The notes below the pieces were generated by a model. The model did no database searches. It worked only from the letters and a program-made list of their open reading frames with translations, and had not been told where the DNA came from. Positions 20,199-30,275 of a stretch of DNA of 64,000 nucleotides are shown piece after piece. Source of the DNA: Nitrosopumilus sp. (GTDB lineage Archaea; Thermoproteota; Nitrososphaeria; Nitrososphaerales; Nitrosopumilaceae); contig OZ242186.1 in the NCBI GenBank assembly GCA_965205675.1, positions 1,792,001 through 1,856,000 on the forward strand. Reading direction: 5' to 3'. The position numbers and the translations under genes are program-made. Every line of letters starts with the position of its first letter. Within the stretch, counting starts at the first letter, position 1.

Positions 20199-21614
20199 AT
20201 GACTAATCTAGTAGTTGTTAAATTCGGGGGTAGTGCAATAGGTCCAAACGGGGAAACTATATCAAGAATTATTCAGAGAATTATAAATTTGAAAACAAAT
20301 TCCAAAGTTATTGCAGTTTTTTCAGCACCATTGACAATTCATGATGGGAGGAAATGCTCACTAACAGATGTTATTTTAGAGCAAGGCAAAAATGCAGAAG
20401 AGGGCAAAACCCCATCACTAGATATTGTAAAAGCAACTTATCAGAAAATTCTAGAGATGGTAGATGAGAAAAATAAGGAAAACTGTATAAAAACAATTGA
20501 TTCTCATCTAAAAAAGGCACAAAATGCATTAGATGAGGCCTACGCTAACAGAGAATTTGCCAACGAAGTACGATCTAGAACACTAGCATTTTCAGGAGAA
20601 ATTCTAATGTCACATGTCATGGCCTACATTCTCAGAAGTAATAATATCAATACTGAAGCAGTAGAATTTGAGAATTGGCCAATTATTACAGATGGAAATA
20701 TTGAGTTTACAAATTTTCTCACAGCGGAATCCAGAGAAAGAATAGATAATGTTGCAAAGTTGGTAAAAAATAATGAAGTTGTTGCCATAGGTGGTTTTAT
20801 TGGAAAAACAGTTGATAACATTACGACTACGTATGAACGTGGAGGCTCAGATAGAACTGCGGCAAATTTGGGAATATTATTTCATAAAAAATATGAAACT
20901 AGTATAGACTTTGAAAAAGACAGTTCAGTAGTTTCAGCTGATCCAAAAATTGTAGATTCAGAATTAAGAGAAGTTATTCAGTTATCATATAATGAAGCAA
21001 GGCTAGCAGGAATGTTTGGAATGAAAATTTTAGATCCAATTGCAATTAAAGAAATTGTAGAGAATGGAATAGATATGCCAATTACAATTACAAATATGAA
21101 AAACCCAAAAAAAACTACTACAATAAAACGAATTTTAGAAGAACATAAAGGACATCCAATAAAGATAGTTACGGGAAAAGAAAATTGTGCTATAGTTAGA
21201 ATTGAAACAAACGCAATTCAAAAATTATTAACATCTCTAGAGAAAGACAAACATTACAGTGAATTTGTCATATTATCGCCATTTACGAAAGATGGGATTG
21301 AGTTTTCTAGAATATTATTTTTAGATGGAGATTATGTAAAAAGAAATGAAAAATATCTCTTAGGATTTGATTCACTTGCCACCATTACATACAACAGAGG
21401 AGTTATTACATTAATTGGAGATGAGATGTGGAGAGTTCAACAAGTAGCTTCTAAAACTAGTGCAAAGATTGGTGAGTCAGGATTAAACATATTAAATATG
21501 GATGCACAAGAAGAAACTTCAAGAATAATTATCGTTATAGAAGATACGCAGGGTAACATTGCAAAAGCAATCAAAACAATACACCAGGAAATTTCAAAGA
21601 TAAATTTTGATTAA
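20199..21614 (+). CDS. lysC: aspartokinase
   Basis: VVKFGGS, RGGSDRTA, SADPKIV, LSYNEA, C-terminal ACT-like region. Confidence 0.9.
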   Translation: MTNLVVVKFGGSAIGPNGETISRIIQRIINLKTNSKVIAVFSAPLTIHDGRKCSLTDVILEQGKNAEEGKTPSLDIVKATYQKILEMVDEKNKENCIKTIDSHLKKAQNALDEAYANREFANEVRSRTLAFSGEILMSHVMAYILRSNNINTEAVEFENWPIITDGNIEFTNFLTAESRERIDNVAKLVKNNEVVAIGGFIGKTVDNITTTYERGGSDRTAANLGILFHKKYETSIDFEKDSSVVSADPKIVDSELREVIQLSYNEARLAGMFGMKILDPIAIKEIVENGIDMPITITNMKNPKKTTTIKRILEEHKGHPIKIVTGKENCAIVRIETNAIQKLLTSLEKDKHYSEFVILSPFTKDGIEFSRILFLDGDYVKRNEKYLLGFDSLATITYNRGVITLIGDEMWRVQQVASKTSAKIGESGLNILNMDAQEETSRIIIVIEDTQGNIAKAIKTIHQEISKINFD

Positions 21615-21616
21615 TG

Positions 21617-21713
21617 TAAGAGTGGCGTTACGGGCTTTCACCTGTAAACTGCCATCATGGGTTTATTCTTGGACCTTCATCTAGAGTTAGTCCGGCGTTA
21701 CCCAAAACACGCG
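21617..21713 (-). ncRNA. candidate structured ncRNA (two hairpins)
   Basis: GC-rich intergenic island; hairpin TGGGT..GGAC..GTCC..ACCCA and hairpin TGGC..TTAC..GGT-GAAA-GCC..GTAA..GCCA. Confidence 0.45.
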
Positions 21714-21764
21714 ATATTATAGATTAGAATTTCTAGTATTTAGAGTTGATCTATATAGATCTGT

Positions 21765-21971
21765 TCACACACGCTCAGCTGTATACCAAAAAAGTATACC
21801 AATGCCCAAGATAGCATACCACTTGAAATTTCTTTTATTCATAAAAATATTTGCAGAGCCTAAGTCCTCATCTTTGTATGTGGTTAAACGGATTTTTCTC
21901 ATTTCAAATGCCTGACCAACTAAGCCTATCACAAGCAAAATAATTCCAACAAAGCCCAAAGTCCACTCCAT
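21765..21971 (-). CDS. small two-TM membrane protein
   Basis: 68 aa, two hydrophobic helices. Confidence 0.7.
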   Translation of the reverse strand: MEWTLGFVGIILLVIGLVGQAFEMRKIRLTTYKDEDLGSANIFMNKRNFKWYAILGIGILFWYTAERV

Positions 21972-22061
21972 AATAGAAATTAAGACTAATCAGATATGTA
22001 GTTTAAGATGATTTGACAGAAAAAATAATTCTTTAAATTAGCATGGATTTTTTGCTCTCCT

Positions 22062-22976
22062 ATGAGAGAGGTTGGTAAAATATGGATGAATGGAAAATTG
22101 GTGCCATTCAAAGATGCCAAAATTCACGTATTGACTCATGCATTACACTATTCAACATCAGTCTTTGAAGGAATTAGATGTTATAATACTCCGAATGGAT
22201 CAGCGATTTTCAGACTACCTGAACATGTTGATAGATTTTTCAAATCTGCAAAACTCTATTCAATGAAGATGCAATTCTCAAAGAAAGTAATTTCAGATGC
22301 AATTGTAAAAACTGTACAAGCAGGAGGACTCAAAGAGTCATACATTAGACCATTAGCATATTATGGATACGGAACAATGGGATTAACCCCTACTGCTAAC
22401 AAGGTAGATGTTTCAATTTCTTCTTGGGAATGGAAAATGGGTGAATCAAAAGCAGGGAAATTTTCAGGGGCAAAATGTAAAGTGTCTAGTTGGATTAAAA
22501 TTGATTCAAGATCTCAACCGATGCAAGCAAAAGCTGCATCAAACTATGCAAATGCAGCTCTTGCAAGAATGGAAGCATTAGAAAACAAATACGATGAAGC
22601 AATTATGTTAAATTATCATGGTAAAGTTACAGAAGGTAGTGCAGAAAACATTTTCATAATTAAGGATGACATAATTCAAACTCCTCCACTTTCAGCAGGA
22701 GGATTAGAAGGAATTACTAGAGACAGCATCATTCAAATTATTGAAGAGAATGGAGATTTTGTAGTCGAACGTGATCTAGAACGAGACGATCTCTATAATG
22801 CAGATGAGGTTTTTATGACAGGAACAGCAGCTGAAGTAAAATCAGTAACTCAGATAGATCAAGTGAAAATAGGAAATGGGAAAATGGGCACCATCACAAA
22901 AGCATTACAAAAGTCATTTACAGATGTAGTTATGGGTAAAGATGAAAGATTCTTGCCATGGTTGACGTTTATCTAA
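22062..22976 (+). CDS. ilvE: branched-chain amino acid aminotransferase
   Basis: HALHY..VFEGIR, AKAASNY, EGSAENIF, LEGITR, GTAAEV. Confidence 0.95.
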   Translation: MREVGKIWMNGKLVPFKDAKIHVLTHALHYSTSVFEGIRCYNTPNGSAIFRLPEHVDRFFKSAKLYSMKMQFSKKVISDAIVKTVQAGGLKESYIRPLAYYGYGTMGLTPTANKVDVSISSWEWKMGESKAGKFSGAKCKVSSWIKIDSRSQPMQAKAASNYANAALARMEALENKYDEAIMLNYHGKVTEGSAENIFIIKDDIIQTPPLSAGGLEGITRDSIIQIIEENGDFVVERDLERDDLYNADEVFMTGTAAEVKSVTQIDQVKIGNGKMGTITKALQKSFTDVVMGKDERFLPWLTFI

Positions 22977-23018
22977 AATTCCATGAAGTTTTTTTACCCA
23001 CAATAAAAAGTAATAATC

Positions 23019-23180
23019 ATGGATTCATGTACGCCGGGCAATACTCAAGAAATTTGTTGGTTTTGTAGAAAAGGTCGCCATGGAGATTGTATGAAAGAGA
23101 TTCCTACGCAAGGAAAATCAGACGGTCCACATGATTGTACTTTTGATACAAAACTAATTCCATGTAAATGTCAACATTAA
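23019..23180 (+). CDS. 53-aa Cys/His-rich small protein
   Basis: MDSCTPGNTQEICWFCRKGRHGDCMKEIP..HDCTFDTKLIPCKCQH; below the ORF-track cutoff. Confidence 0.6.
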   Translation: MDSCTPGNTQEICWFCRKGRHGDCMKEIPTQGKSDGPHDCTFDTKLIPCKCQH

Positions 23181-23220
23181 ACAATTAGTAACAAATACAG
23201 CTTTGTTTAAAAAAAATTCT

Positions 23221-23775
23221 ATGAATTATGATGAAGAATTTTGGAATAAATATTCGGATGAGAATGAATCCAAATATAATGAAGAATTTGCAAAATTTGT
23301 AAAAGATTTAGCAATTTCTTTGCGTTGTACAAGTGTGTTAGAAATTGGATGTGGTACAGGGATTGATTTGAGATTGTTTCCAGATACATTTCAAATTCAT
23401 GGGATTGATCTAAATGATCATGCATTAAAAATTGCACAAGAAAAATTAGCGATAGCAAAATTCAAGAAAGGAACAATTACTGAAATACCTTTTGATGATT
23501 CATCAATTGATTTTGTATTTACTCATGGATTAATGAATTATTTGGATGAGAAGACATTAGAGCAGGGGGTTGCAGAAATGTTTCGAGTTTCTGGAAAATA
23601 TATTATGAATTGTGAGAAATTTGATGAAACAGAGAGAAAAATTGATGAAAAACAAAAATTTTGCAACATGCAAAATAGATGGCTGGATTATAAAGTAAGA
23701 TTTGTAAGTAATGTGGATATACATGAAGACATAGATCCCGATAAACCTCGATTTACATTATTGAAAAAATTGTAA
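23221..23775 (+). CDS. class I SAM-dependent methyltransferase
   Basis: VLEIGCGTG, GIDLN, PFDDSSIDFVF. Confidence 0.9.
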   Translation: MNYDEEFWNKYSDENESKYNEEFAKFVKDLAISLRCTSVLEIGCGTGIDLRLFPDTFQIHGIDLNDHALKIAQEKLAIAKFKKGTITEIPFDDSSIDFVFTHGLMNYLDEKTLEQGVAEMFRVSGKYIMNCEKFDETERKIDEKQKFCNMQNRWLDYKVRFVSNVDIHEDIDPDKPRFTLLKKL

Positions 23776-23916
23776 CTTATATCAAGATTTTATTTTAACA
23801 CAAAATAAAGATAACTATAACCATATGTACCAAAATCAGTCAGGAAATTAGAATGTACTTGCATTCGTGCCAAAACTCGCAAGAAGACTAGAACTGCCAA
23901 CAAACACATTACTCTA

Positions 23917-24993
23917 CTATAGCGACGATCAAAAGTTCGTGAACATCTTTGCAGGATTTCTAAAGATACAATTTGCAACATCAAACTTGAATCTTGTCAT
24001 TCTAAAATATTTTGACACTGCATCATTTATCGTAAACATTGCATAATATTCTGATATCTGCAACGCATACTTGTTTATCTTTCGGTATTGTTTTATCATG
24101 TTCAAGTACGGTGAACCTTTTGGCAATCATATTAGTTTGACATCTCTATTGTTTGCAAGATATTCCTTGACCTTCTTTGATTTGCGAATTAATACTCGGT
24201 CTAGCATAATTGCAATCTTGCCATATTTCCAGTGCAACTCTTTTAGATATTCTACAAATCTTACAGTGTTGAATTTTTCATAAATTCTAAACAGTTGATC
24301 TCCACTAGTTGTAATTGTTCCATATACTGCCAAACTTTCATGATTCCCCGTATATGGAAGAAATATTCTCTTGGCAACTGGTGACTGGGTATTTTTTTCC
24401 TATTTTTGTATCCCTTAGAAAAAATGCCTCATCAGCCATTACAATGATAAATCCATTCTCTTTTAGGCATAAAATTCTCTTTCTGATGCGTTACTGCCAG
24501 ATTCGCACAACAGATACGCTTGCATGGTTGATGTGATATTTTTGTGCAGTTTTTGCAGATATAATACTGGTGCATTATCTTTTGGATGTGAGTGATGTGA
24601 AATTTTACTCCAGTGGAATGAAATATTGCTTGCTGTAGCATCACAGGTGTAAACAAAGTTAGCATTGCTTTTGAGAAGATACAGTCCATTTTGGTCTGGG
24701 AGATTGTTCTTGGTCTTCCACTCCTTGGGTGGTCGTAGAGGCCATCGATTTCAAAACGACTCACCCATTTTCATACCCAGTTTGTGCAGCTGTGCAATGT
24801 CTTTGCAGTGTGTTCTATTTCCTTACTCCCTTTTAGAATCATCAATACTGCAAGCATTCTTACTGCAACTTTTGAATTTTTTGTATGCTGCTTTCAAGGG
24901 ATTCTAACTTTCATGTATTTTGTTGGGTTGACTGATCAAAAGGTTTTTTGTTTTGGAATTATTTAGTTCACGAACTTTGTCTTTTCACTACAG
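23917..24993 (-). mobile_element. second IS630-type element, heavily degraded
   Basis: TA flanks, TIRs CTATAGCGACGATCAAAAGTTCGTGAAC / GTTCACGAACTTTGTCTTTTCACTACAG; fragments PRSGRP, PKGSPYLN. Confidence 0.75.
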
Positions 24994-25196
24994 TATACAA
25001 GACTATGCAAGAAGGTGATTCTACCTTTAAACTACAAGCCCACAAGGTTTATTAAAAAATCCAATGTAATAACGTTAGTTCTTAGGCGGTAAGGCTATCA
25101 TAAACTAGCCTATTTTTTTATTCAAATATGAAAAATGATTTATCCAATTTCTGATCTTATCATATGAATCTGCAAAACGGACTTTATTGTATCAGT

Positions 25197-25232
25197 TCCC
25201 TTTAGACTCGCTCTCTTTTGTTGGTCAATATA
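25197..25232 (+). repeat. inverted copy of tRNA-Lys 3' end plus trailer
   Basis: TCCCTTTAGACTCGCTCTCTTTTGTTGGTCAATATA vs reverse complement of 25371-25406. Confidence 0.8.
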
Positions 25233-25370
25233 CTATAGCGAAAAGATAAAGTTCGTGAGCTAAATAATTTTAAAAAACCAGAAATCAGTTGATCTTACCT
25301 ATAGGTAAATACGAATAAACAAATTGAAACACCTAAAAAATAACTCACGAACTTATGCTTCTCACTATAC
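25233..25370. mobile_element. 138-bp IS630-type MITE
   Basis: TA flanks; ends CTATAGCGAAAAGATAAAGTTCGTGAG / CTCACGAACTTATGCTTCTCACTATAC resemble the TIRs of 23917-24993. Confidence 0.75.
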
Positions 25371-25392
25371 TATATTTGTCAACAAAAGAGAG

Positions 25393-25466
25393 CGGGTCTA
25401 AAGGGATTCGGACCCTTGACAACCGGATTAAGAGTCCGGTGCGCTACCTGGCTGCGCCATAGACCC
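25393..25466 (-). tRNA. tRNA-Lys(CTT)
   Basis: GGGTCTA/TAGACCC acceptor, CCGGA-CTCTTAA-TCCGG anticodon arm. Confidence 0.93.
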
Positions 25467-25532
25467 ACCGAAATAGATAAGCATATAGAGTTGTTATTAA
25501 TCTTAAGATTTTAAAATAAATGAAGATGTGTT

Positions 25533-26129
25533 TTATGCTTTAGCTTCAATCTCGTTGTATTTTTCAATGATTGCTGTAAGTGCAATTGAAACTGGAACGT
25601 CATTCATCTTTTTCTTTTCTGCTAAAAGTTTTTGGTATGCATCTAATGTGATGTATACTGGGATTGAACCGTTTCCTTCTAGTAATCCTCTAACATTGTA
25701 TAGAGCAGTTTCCAGTCCTTTTTCAGCAGATTTTGTAAATTTTGCTTTATTCAAAATTGCTCCCAGAGGACCAAATGGCATCTTATAGTCCACGGACATG
25801 GTTATTCGTGTAAGATTATTACCTAATGCTTTGAATTCATTGGTGATTTGCCAATTTTTAAATGGACCTTCAATTTGTTTAGCAGTGATTTTCTCATTTC
25901 TGATGAATTCAGTTGTTTCACAATCCCATTCTACACGCTTTCCGCCAAAGTCACCGATAATTCTAAAGGTTGTACCAACACCCATCCCTTCTTTAATGTC
26001 CATAGGAACTACGGTCATGCTTATTGCATCATTTTTGATTTGATCAGAAACATGTTCTGGTCTTGCAAAATAGGTAAAGACATTCTCTACAGAGGTCTTA
26101 ATATCGATTGATTTTGTAATGAGGGTCAA
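25533..26129 (-). CDS. SRPBCC/polyketide cyclase family protein
   Basis: SIDIKTSVENVFTY..., GPFKNW, VDYKMPFGPLG. Confidence 0.85.
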   Translation of the reverse strand: MTLITKSIDIKTSVENVFTYFARPEHVSDQIKNDAISMTVVPMDIKEGMGVGTTFRIIGDFGGKRVEWDCETTEFIRNEKITAKQIEGPFKNWQITNEFKALGNNLTRITMSVDYKMPFGPLGAILNKAKFTKSAEKGLETALYNVRGLLEGNGSIPVYITLDAYQKLLAEKKKMNDVPVSIALTAIIEKYNEIEAKA

Positions 26130-26226
26130 CGATTGGGTTTCTTGCCAATAAGGATTTAAAGGTTTTGAAGATTTTCGTAAAGGAATTGATTTACAATATA
26201 TTCACCAAGTTTACATAGTAAATTAA

Positions 26227-26751
26227 ATGGCTAAAAAGCGATCAGTTTTTTTGATCTTTGTTTTGATTTTTTCAATATATTCAGGATTTGATTTTGCGTA
26301 CGCTCATTCTATGTTTAATTCTGCTGAGCAATCATATGGCGGTTATAGAGTCCAAGTCGCAACAGCCCCAGAATTTCCACAAATTGATGAGCCATCTCAG
26401 TTTCTAATCAAAGTGACCAAAGGAGGAGATTATGAAGAAGTGGATAGTTTTACAATGGGGATCAGAGTATACTATAATGATCAGCAAGTTGATGCAATTC
26501 CACCGACAACAATAGATAATGCACATTGGGATTTTGATTATACGTGGAAAAATATAGGAAACCATATTGTTAAAGTGGATTTGTATGATATGATAGAACC
26601 AGACAAAATTCTAACTTATACATTTAACATGGGAACACAAAGTCCATTTGGATTTGTGTTCATAGGAGCAATAACTACTGGTGCTTTTGTGTTTACAGGA
26701 ATAATGCTGTATATCTACTTGCCAAAAATTTTTAAAAAATTTAAGCGCTAA
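26227..26751 (+). CDS. exported membrane-anchored protein (possible copper handling)
   Basis: Signal peptide ending AYA-H, C-terminal TM helix; next to cox cluster. Confidence 0.7.
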   Translation: MAKKRSVFLIFVLIFSIYSGFDFAYAHSMFNSAEQSYGGYRVQVATAPEFPQIDEPSQFLIKVTKGGDYEEVDSFTMGIRVYYNDQQVDAIPPTTIDNAHWDFDYTWKNIGNHIVKVDLYDMIEPDKILTYTFNMGTQSPFGFVFIGAITTGAFVFTGIMLYIYLPKIFKKFKR

Positions 26752-27184
26752 TTCCTTTAGGTGACTTTGATATTCTAAATGCAAACAGAGTAGTAAGTAA
26801 TACCATTGCAAACAACCAAATTCCAATTCCTAAGTGAATTGCAACTAATACGGCATGAAGTTGAGTATCAATCACTAAAGCACCAAGAGTAATTTGAGTA
26901 ATTACCAATACAGTTGCCAATGAACTTGTTATTTTGATTTTCGAATCAGCATTTTTGTTAATTAGGCTACCAATCATGGTTGCAACTATCAGTACACCAG
27001 TAGTTGCAGCAACAGTTCTATGAATCCATTCAATAAGATATTCTTCAGAAGGCATTATTCCATTAGGACATAAAGGCCATTCAGGACAAGTTAATCCTAG
27101 TCCTGCTGCAGAAATATATCCACCGATAAACATAAGCGAATATAGAACAATCATTGTTATTAGTGCAAGATATTGTAAAGTCAA
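26741..27184 (-). CDS. ctaA: heme A synthase (short CtaA/COX15)
   Basis: GLTCPEWPLC, EWIHR, second His in AIHLG. Confidence 0.85.
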   Translation of the reverse strand: MTLQYLALITMIVLYSLMFIGGYISAAGLGLTCPEWPLCPNGIMPSEEYLIEWIHRTVAATTGVLIVATMIGSLINKNADSKIKITSSLATVLVITQITLGALVIDTQLHAVLVAIHLGIGIWLFAMVLLTTLFAFRISKSPKGISA

Positions 27185-27191
27185 TATTTCT

Positions 27192-28253
27192 CTAGTTTAC
27201 AGAAATGTTACCTAACATCCAAGGATGAACCATGCAATAGTATGGATATTCATCTGCTACATCAAAGGTTACAGAATACGTAGTTCCTGCAGTAAATAAG
27301 CTGCTATCAAATTTACCATCATGACCGTCTGTGGGGGTTCCACTTGTAACAGTATGAGCTGCTGAGTCATCATTTGACCAAGTAACTTCATCACCTACTG
27401 AAACTGAAACAAAAAATGGGATATAGCATTCATCTGTTTCATCACATCCAGGAACTCCAGAACCATCTGGAACTGAAATGATTCCGTTAAAGTCTACAGA
27501 TTCAGGTTCCATAACTTCTTCCATTACCTCTGGTTCAGGTTCCATAACTTCTTCCATTACCTCTGGTTCAGGTTCCATAACTTCTTCCATTACCTCTGGT
27601 TCAGGTTCCATAACTTCTTCCATTACCTCTGGTTCAGGTTCCATAACTTCTTCCATTACCTCTGGTTCAGGTTCCATAACTTCTTCAATAGAAGCATCAC
27701 CTACAATGATTTTACCAACCATTCCTTGATCTCTGTGACCTGGAATAGTACAGATATAGTAATAAACACCATCCTCACCTGCAATAAATTCCGAAGTACC
27801 ACCCTCCCCAGATTTTAATGGATTTGATGCTAGTGCAACTTCACTTCCAGGAATAATTCCTGCATATCCTTCAGAATCAGAAGTGACACCAAAGGAATGA
27901 AGTGACTTACCATCATTGACAACATCAAAGACGATTTTATCTCCAACCTCCATCTTGATGGTTGGATTGTTATCAGGCTCTCCTGGTAATGCGTTAAAGG
28001 CTAAAGTTCTAAAATCAGATGATTCGATAAATGAAAGAATAGACATGATAGTTGCACCAGTATGTACTGCTGAACTTGCGGAACCAGAATCACCTGCCAT
28101 CATGGCTACAACTGGAGCAGGTTCAGATATCCAGTAATCCCACATTGAAAAGAATATTGCTCCACCAACAAGGCAGATACCTAACATGATAATCATCATT
28201 TTTCCAGTTCTAGCTGGAGTTGTTCTATAAATTTGGGAATTATCGTGGCTCAT
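27192..28253 (-). CDS. membrane-anchored double cupredoxin (blue copper) protein
   Basis: H..YYICTIPGHRDQGM and HTVT..YYCMVHPWM type-1 Cu sites separated by an acidic repeat linker. Confidence 0.9.
   Translation of the reverse strand: MSHDNSQIYRTTPARTGKMMIIMLGICLVGGAIFFSMWDYWISEPAPVVAMMAGDSGSASSAVHTGATIMSILSFIESSDFRTLAFNALPGEPDNNPTIKMEVGDKIVFDVVNDGKSLHSFGVTSDSEGYAGIIPGSEVALASNPLKSGEGGTSEFIAGEDGVYYYICTIPGHRDQGMVGKIIVGDASIEEVMEPEPEVMEEVMEPEPEVMEEVMEPEPEVMEEVMEPEPEVMEEVMEPEPEVMEEVMEPESVDFNGIISVPDGSGVPGCDETDECYIPFFVSVSVGDEVTWSNDDSAAHTVTSGTPTDGHDGKFDSSLFTAGTTYSVTFDVADEYPYYCMVHPWMLGNISVN
27501..27686. repeat. 33-bp tandem repeat, about 5.6 copies (EPEPEVMEEVM)
   Basis: TTCAGGTTCCATAACTTCTTCCATTACCTCTGG repeated in frame. 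Confidence 0.95.
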
Positions 28254-28265
28254 TTCATATATCTC

Positions 28266-29792
28266 CTAATGTGATGGATTCTTTGCCTCAAATGGATAAT
28301 AGTATTTTCCACCTAGACCAAATGGATCATCAGTGTTTGCAAATTTACCTTTTCCGGAACTGTAAATCATGTTAGCTAAGAAGATGGCCATACTGACACC
28401 AATAATCATTGCGCCTACAGAAGCAATTTGGTTCATAGCAATCCATTCTGGGATTGGTGGATAATCAAAAATTCTTCTTGGCATACCATACAAACCAAGT
28501 ACGTGTTGTGTAAAGAATACTAGTACTGTACCGATAAAGGACATGATAAAGTGGATTTTACCCATCGTTTCATTGTACATTCTACCAGTTACGTATGGGA
28601 ACATGTAGTAAAGATAGCCAATTGAACCAAATGCAATAGTTCCCATCACAAAGAGATGAAAGTGTCCAACTACCCAGTAAGTATCGTGTGTTGTAAAGTC
28701 TAATGGCATTGCACTATTAACTACACCACCTGCACCTGCAGAGAAGAATAAAGCGATACCGCCAACTGCCCACATCATTGGAGTTGAGAATCTAATTCTA
28801 CCATTCCACATAGTTGCAATAAAATTAAAGACATGCATTGCAGATGCTGGAACTGCTGCAAGAGTTCCTACCATGAACACAGTTTTTTCAGTAAATGACA
28901 TTCCTGTTGCATACATGTGATGTGCCCATGATGAGAAACCAACAATAGATAACAAGACAAATGCAAAGACACCAGAACTATAACTGTAGATAGGTTTTCT
29001 TGAAAATCTTGGAATAATCTCATACATCATACCGATTGCTGGAATTACTAATACATACACTTCAGGATGGAATGTAAACCAGAACAAATGTGCATATGCT
29101 ATTGGATCACCACCCATTGCAGGGTTAAAGAACCCACTTACTCCAAGTCTATCAGTTAACAACATCAAAAGTGCTGCTGCAAATGTAGGAATTGCAACTA
29201 GAATGATTAATGATGAGGATAAAAATGACCATGCCAGCAATGGGACTTGTCCAATAGACATGTCAGGGTGTTTACATTTTAGAATTGTAACTACAAAATT
29301 GATTGCACCAAGTACGGAAGATATACCTAAAATCTTTAATCCAAAAATCCACATGTCAGCTGCAGGACCTGGGGCACTAATAATAGAATACGGAGGTGTA
29401 GCATACCAAGTAAAGTCAGCAAAGCCTAACCAGATAAGAGCACCTGCTGGAGGAATCATCCAAAATGCAATTGCGTTGAGTTTTGGATATGCCATGTCTT
29501 TGTATCTGACCATAATTGGAACGTAATAGTTACCAACAGCAGATGCAAATGGAATGATAAACAAGAAGATTAATGTTGTACCGTGAACAGTAAATATTCT
29601 GTTGAAAGTCATTGCATCACCAATAATTTGAGCTCCTGGCAAAAATAATTCTGCTCTAATTGCAAGAGCTAGTGTTCCACCTAAGAACAAGAATGCAAGT
29701 GATGAAATCAGATAAAGTAAACCAACATCAGTGTGATGGGTTGAAAACATAATTTGCCAAATTGGACGTGGTTTTGCTAATTCTAAAGTCAT
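28266..29792 (-). CDS. coxA: heme-copper oxidase subunit I
   Basis: WFTFHPEVY, WAHHM, GHFH. Confidence 0.97.
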   Translation of the reverse strand: MTLELAKPRPIWQIMFSTHHTDVGLLYLISSLAFLFLGGTLALAIRAELFLPGAQIIGDAMTFNRIFTVHGTTLIFLFIIPFASAVGNYYVPIMVRYKDMAYPKLNAIAFWMIPPAGALIWLGFADFTWYATPPYSIISAPGPAADMWIFGLKILGISSVLGAINFVVTILKCKHPDMSIGQVPLLAWSFLSSSLIILVAIPTFAAALLMLLTDRLGVSGFFNPAMGGDPIAYAHLFWFTFHPEVYVLVIPAIGMMYEIIPRFSRKPIYSYSSGVFAFVLLSIVGFSSWAHHMYATGMSFTEKTVFMVGTLAAVPASAMHVFNFIATMWNGRIRFSTPMMWAVGGIALFFSAGAGGVVNSAMPLDFTTHDTYWVVGHFHLFVMGTIAFGSIGYLYYMFPYVTGRMYNETMGKIHFIMSFIGTVLVFFTQHVLGLYGMPRRIFDYPPIPEWIAMNQIASVGAMIIGVSMAIFLANMIYSSGKGKFANTDDPFGLGGKYYYPFEAKNPSH

Positions 29793-29841
29793 TAGTTAAT
29801 CTCCTCACTACAGATGATTGGAAGTTGTGATAAAAGCGTTA

Positions 29842-30273
29842 TCAAGATGATGGTTCCTCCACATATAGTGTTCCACGCATATTATAGTGAAGCAATCCAC
29901 AATATTCTCTACATTGAATATCATGTACACCTGGTGCATCTGGTGCAAACCATACAGTATTAACTCTACCAGGAATTGCATCCATTAAAACAACATAATC
30001 GTGAATATTAAAAGAATGGTTAACGTCTTTGGACATTACCTCAAATTTGTAAGCTTTACCCACTTCAACGTGTAACTCTCCAATTTCTTTTGTACCATCT
30101 TCGTGTTCAAAAGACCAGAACCATTGTTGGCCAGTTACTTTGATTATTTCAGCATCTTCAGGAACATGTTCTACAAGTCGTTCTGCTTCCCATGCTTCTG
30201 CACCAACCCAAACCATTAACGCAATGACAACTCCGATGTAAACCCATTCAGGCCAGTTAGAGTGTCCACCCAT
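29842..30273 (-). CDS. coxB: heme-copper oxidase subunit II, CuA domain
   Basis: DVNHSF, CREYCGLLHYNM. Confidence 0.95.
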   Translation of the reverse strand: MGGHSNWPEWVYIGVVIALMVWVGAEAWEAERLVEHVPEDAEIIKVTGQQWFWSFEHEDGTKEIGELHVEVGKAYKFEVMSKDVNHSFNIHDYVVLMDAIPGRVNTVWFAPDAPGVHDIQCREYCGLLHYNMRGTLYVEEPSS

Positions 30274-30275
30274 TG

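Noticed and set aside
27478-27729. Ser/Thr-rich ORF on + strand, or CRISPR-like repeat
   Set aside because: Antisense shadow of the in-frame linker repeat of the cupredoxin gene; no spacers.
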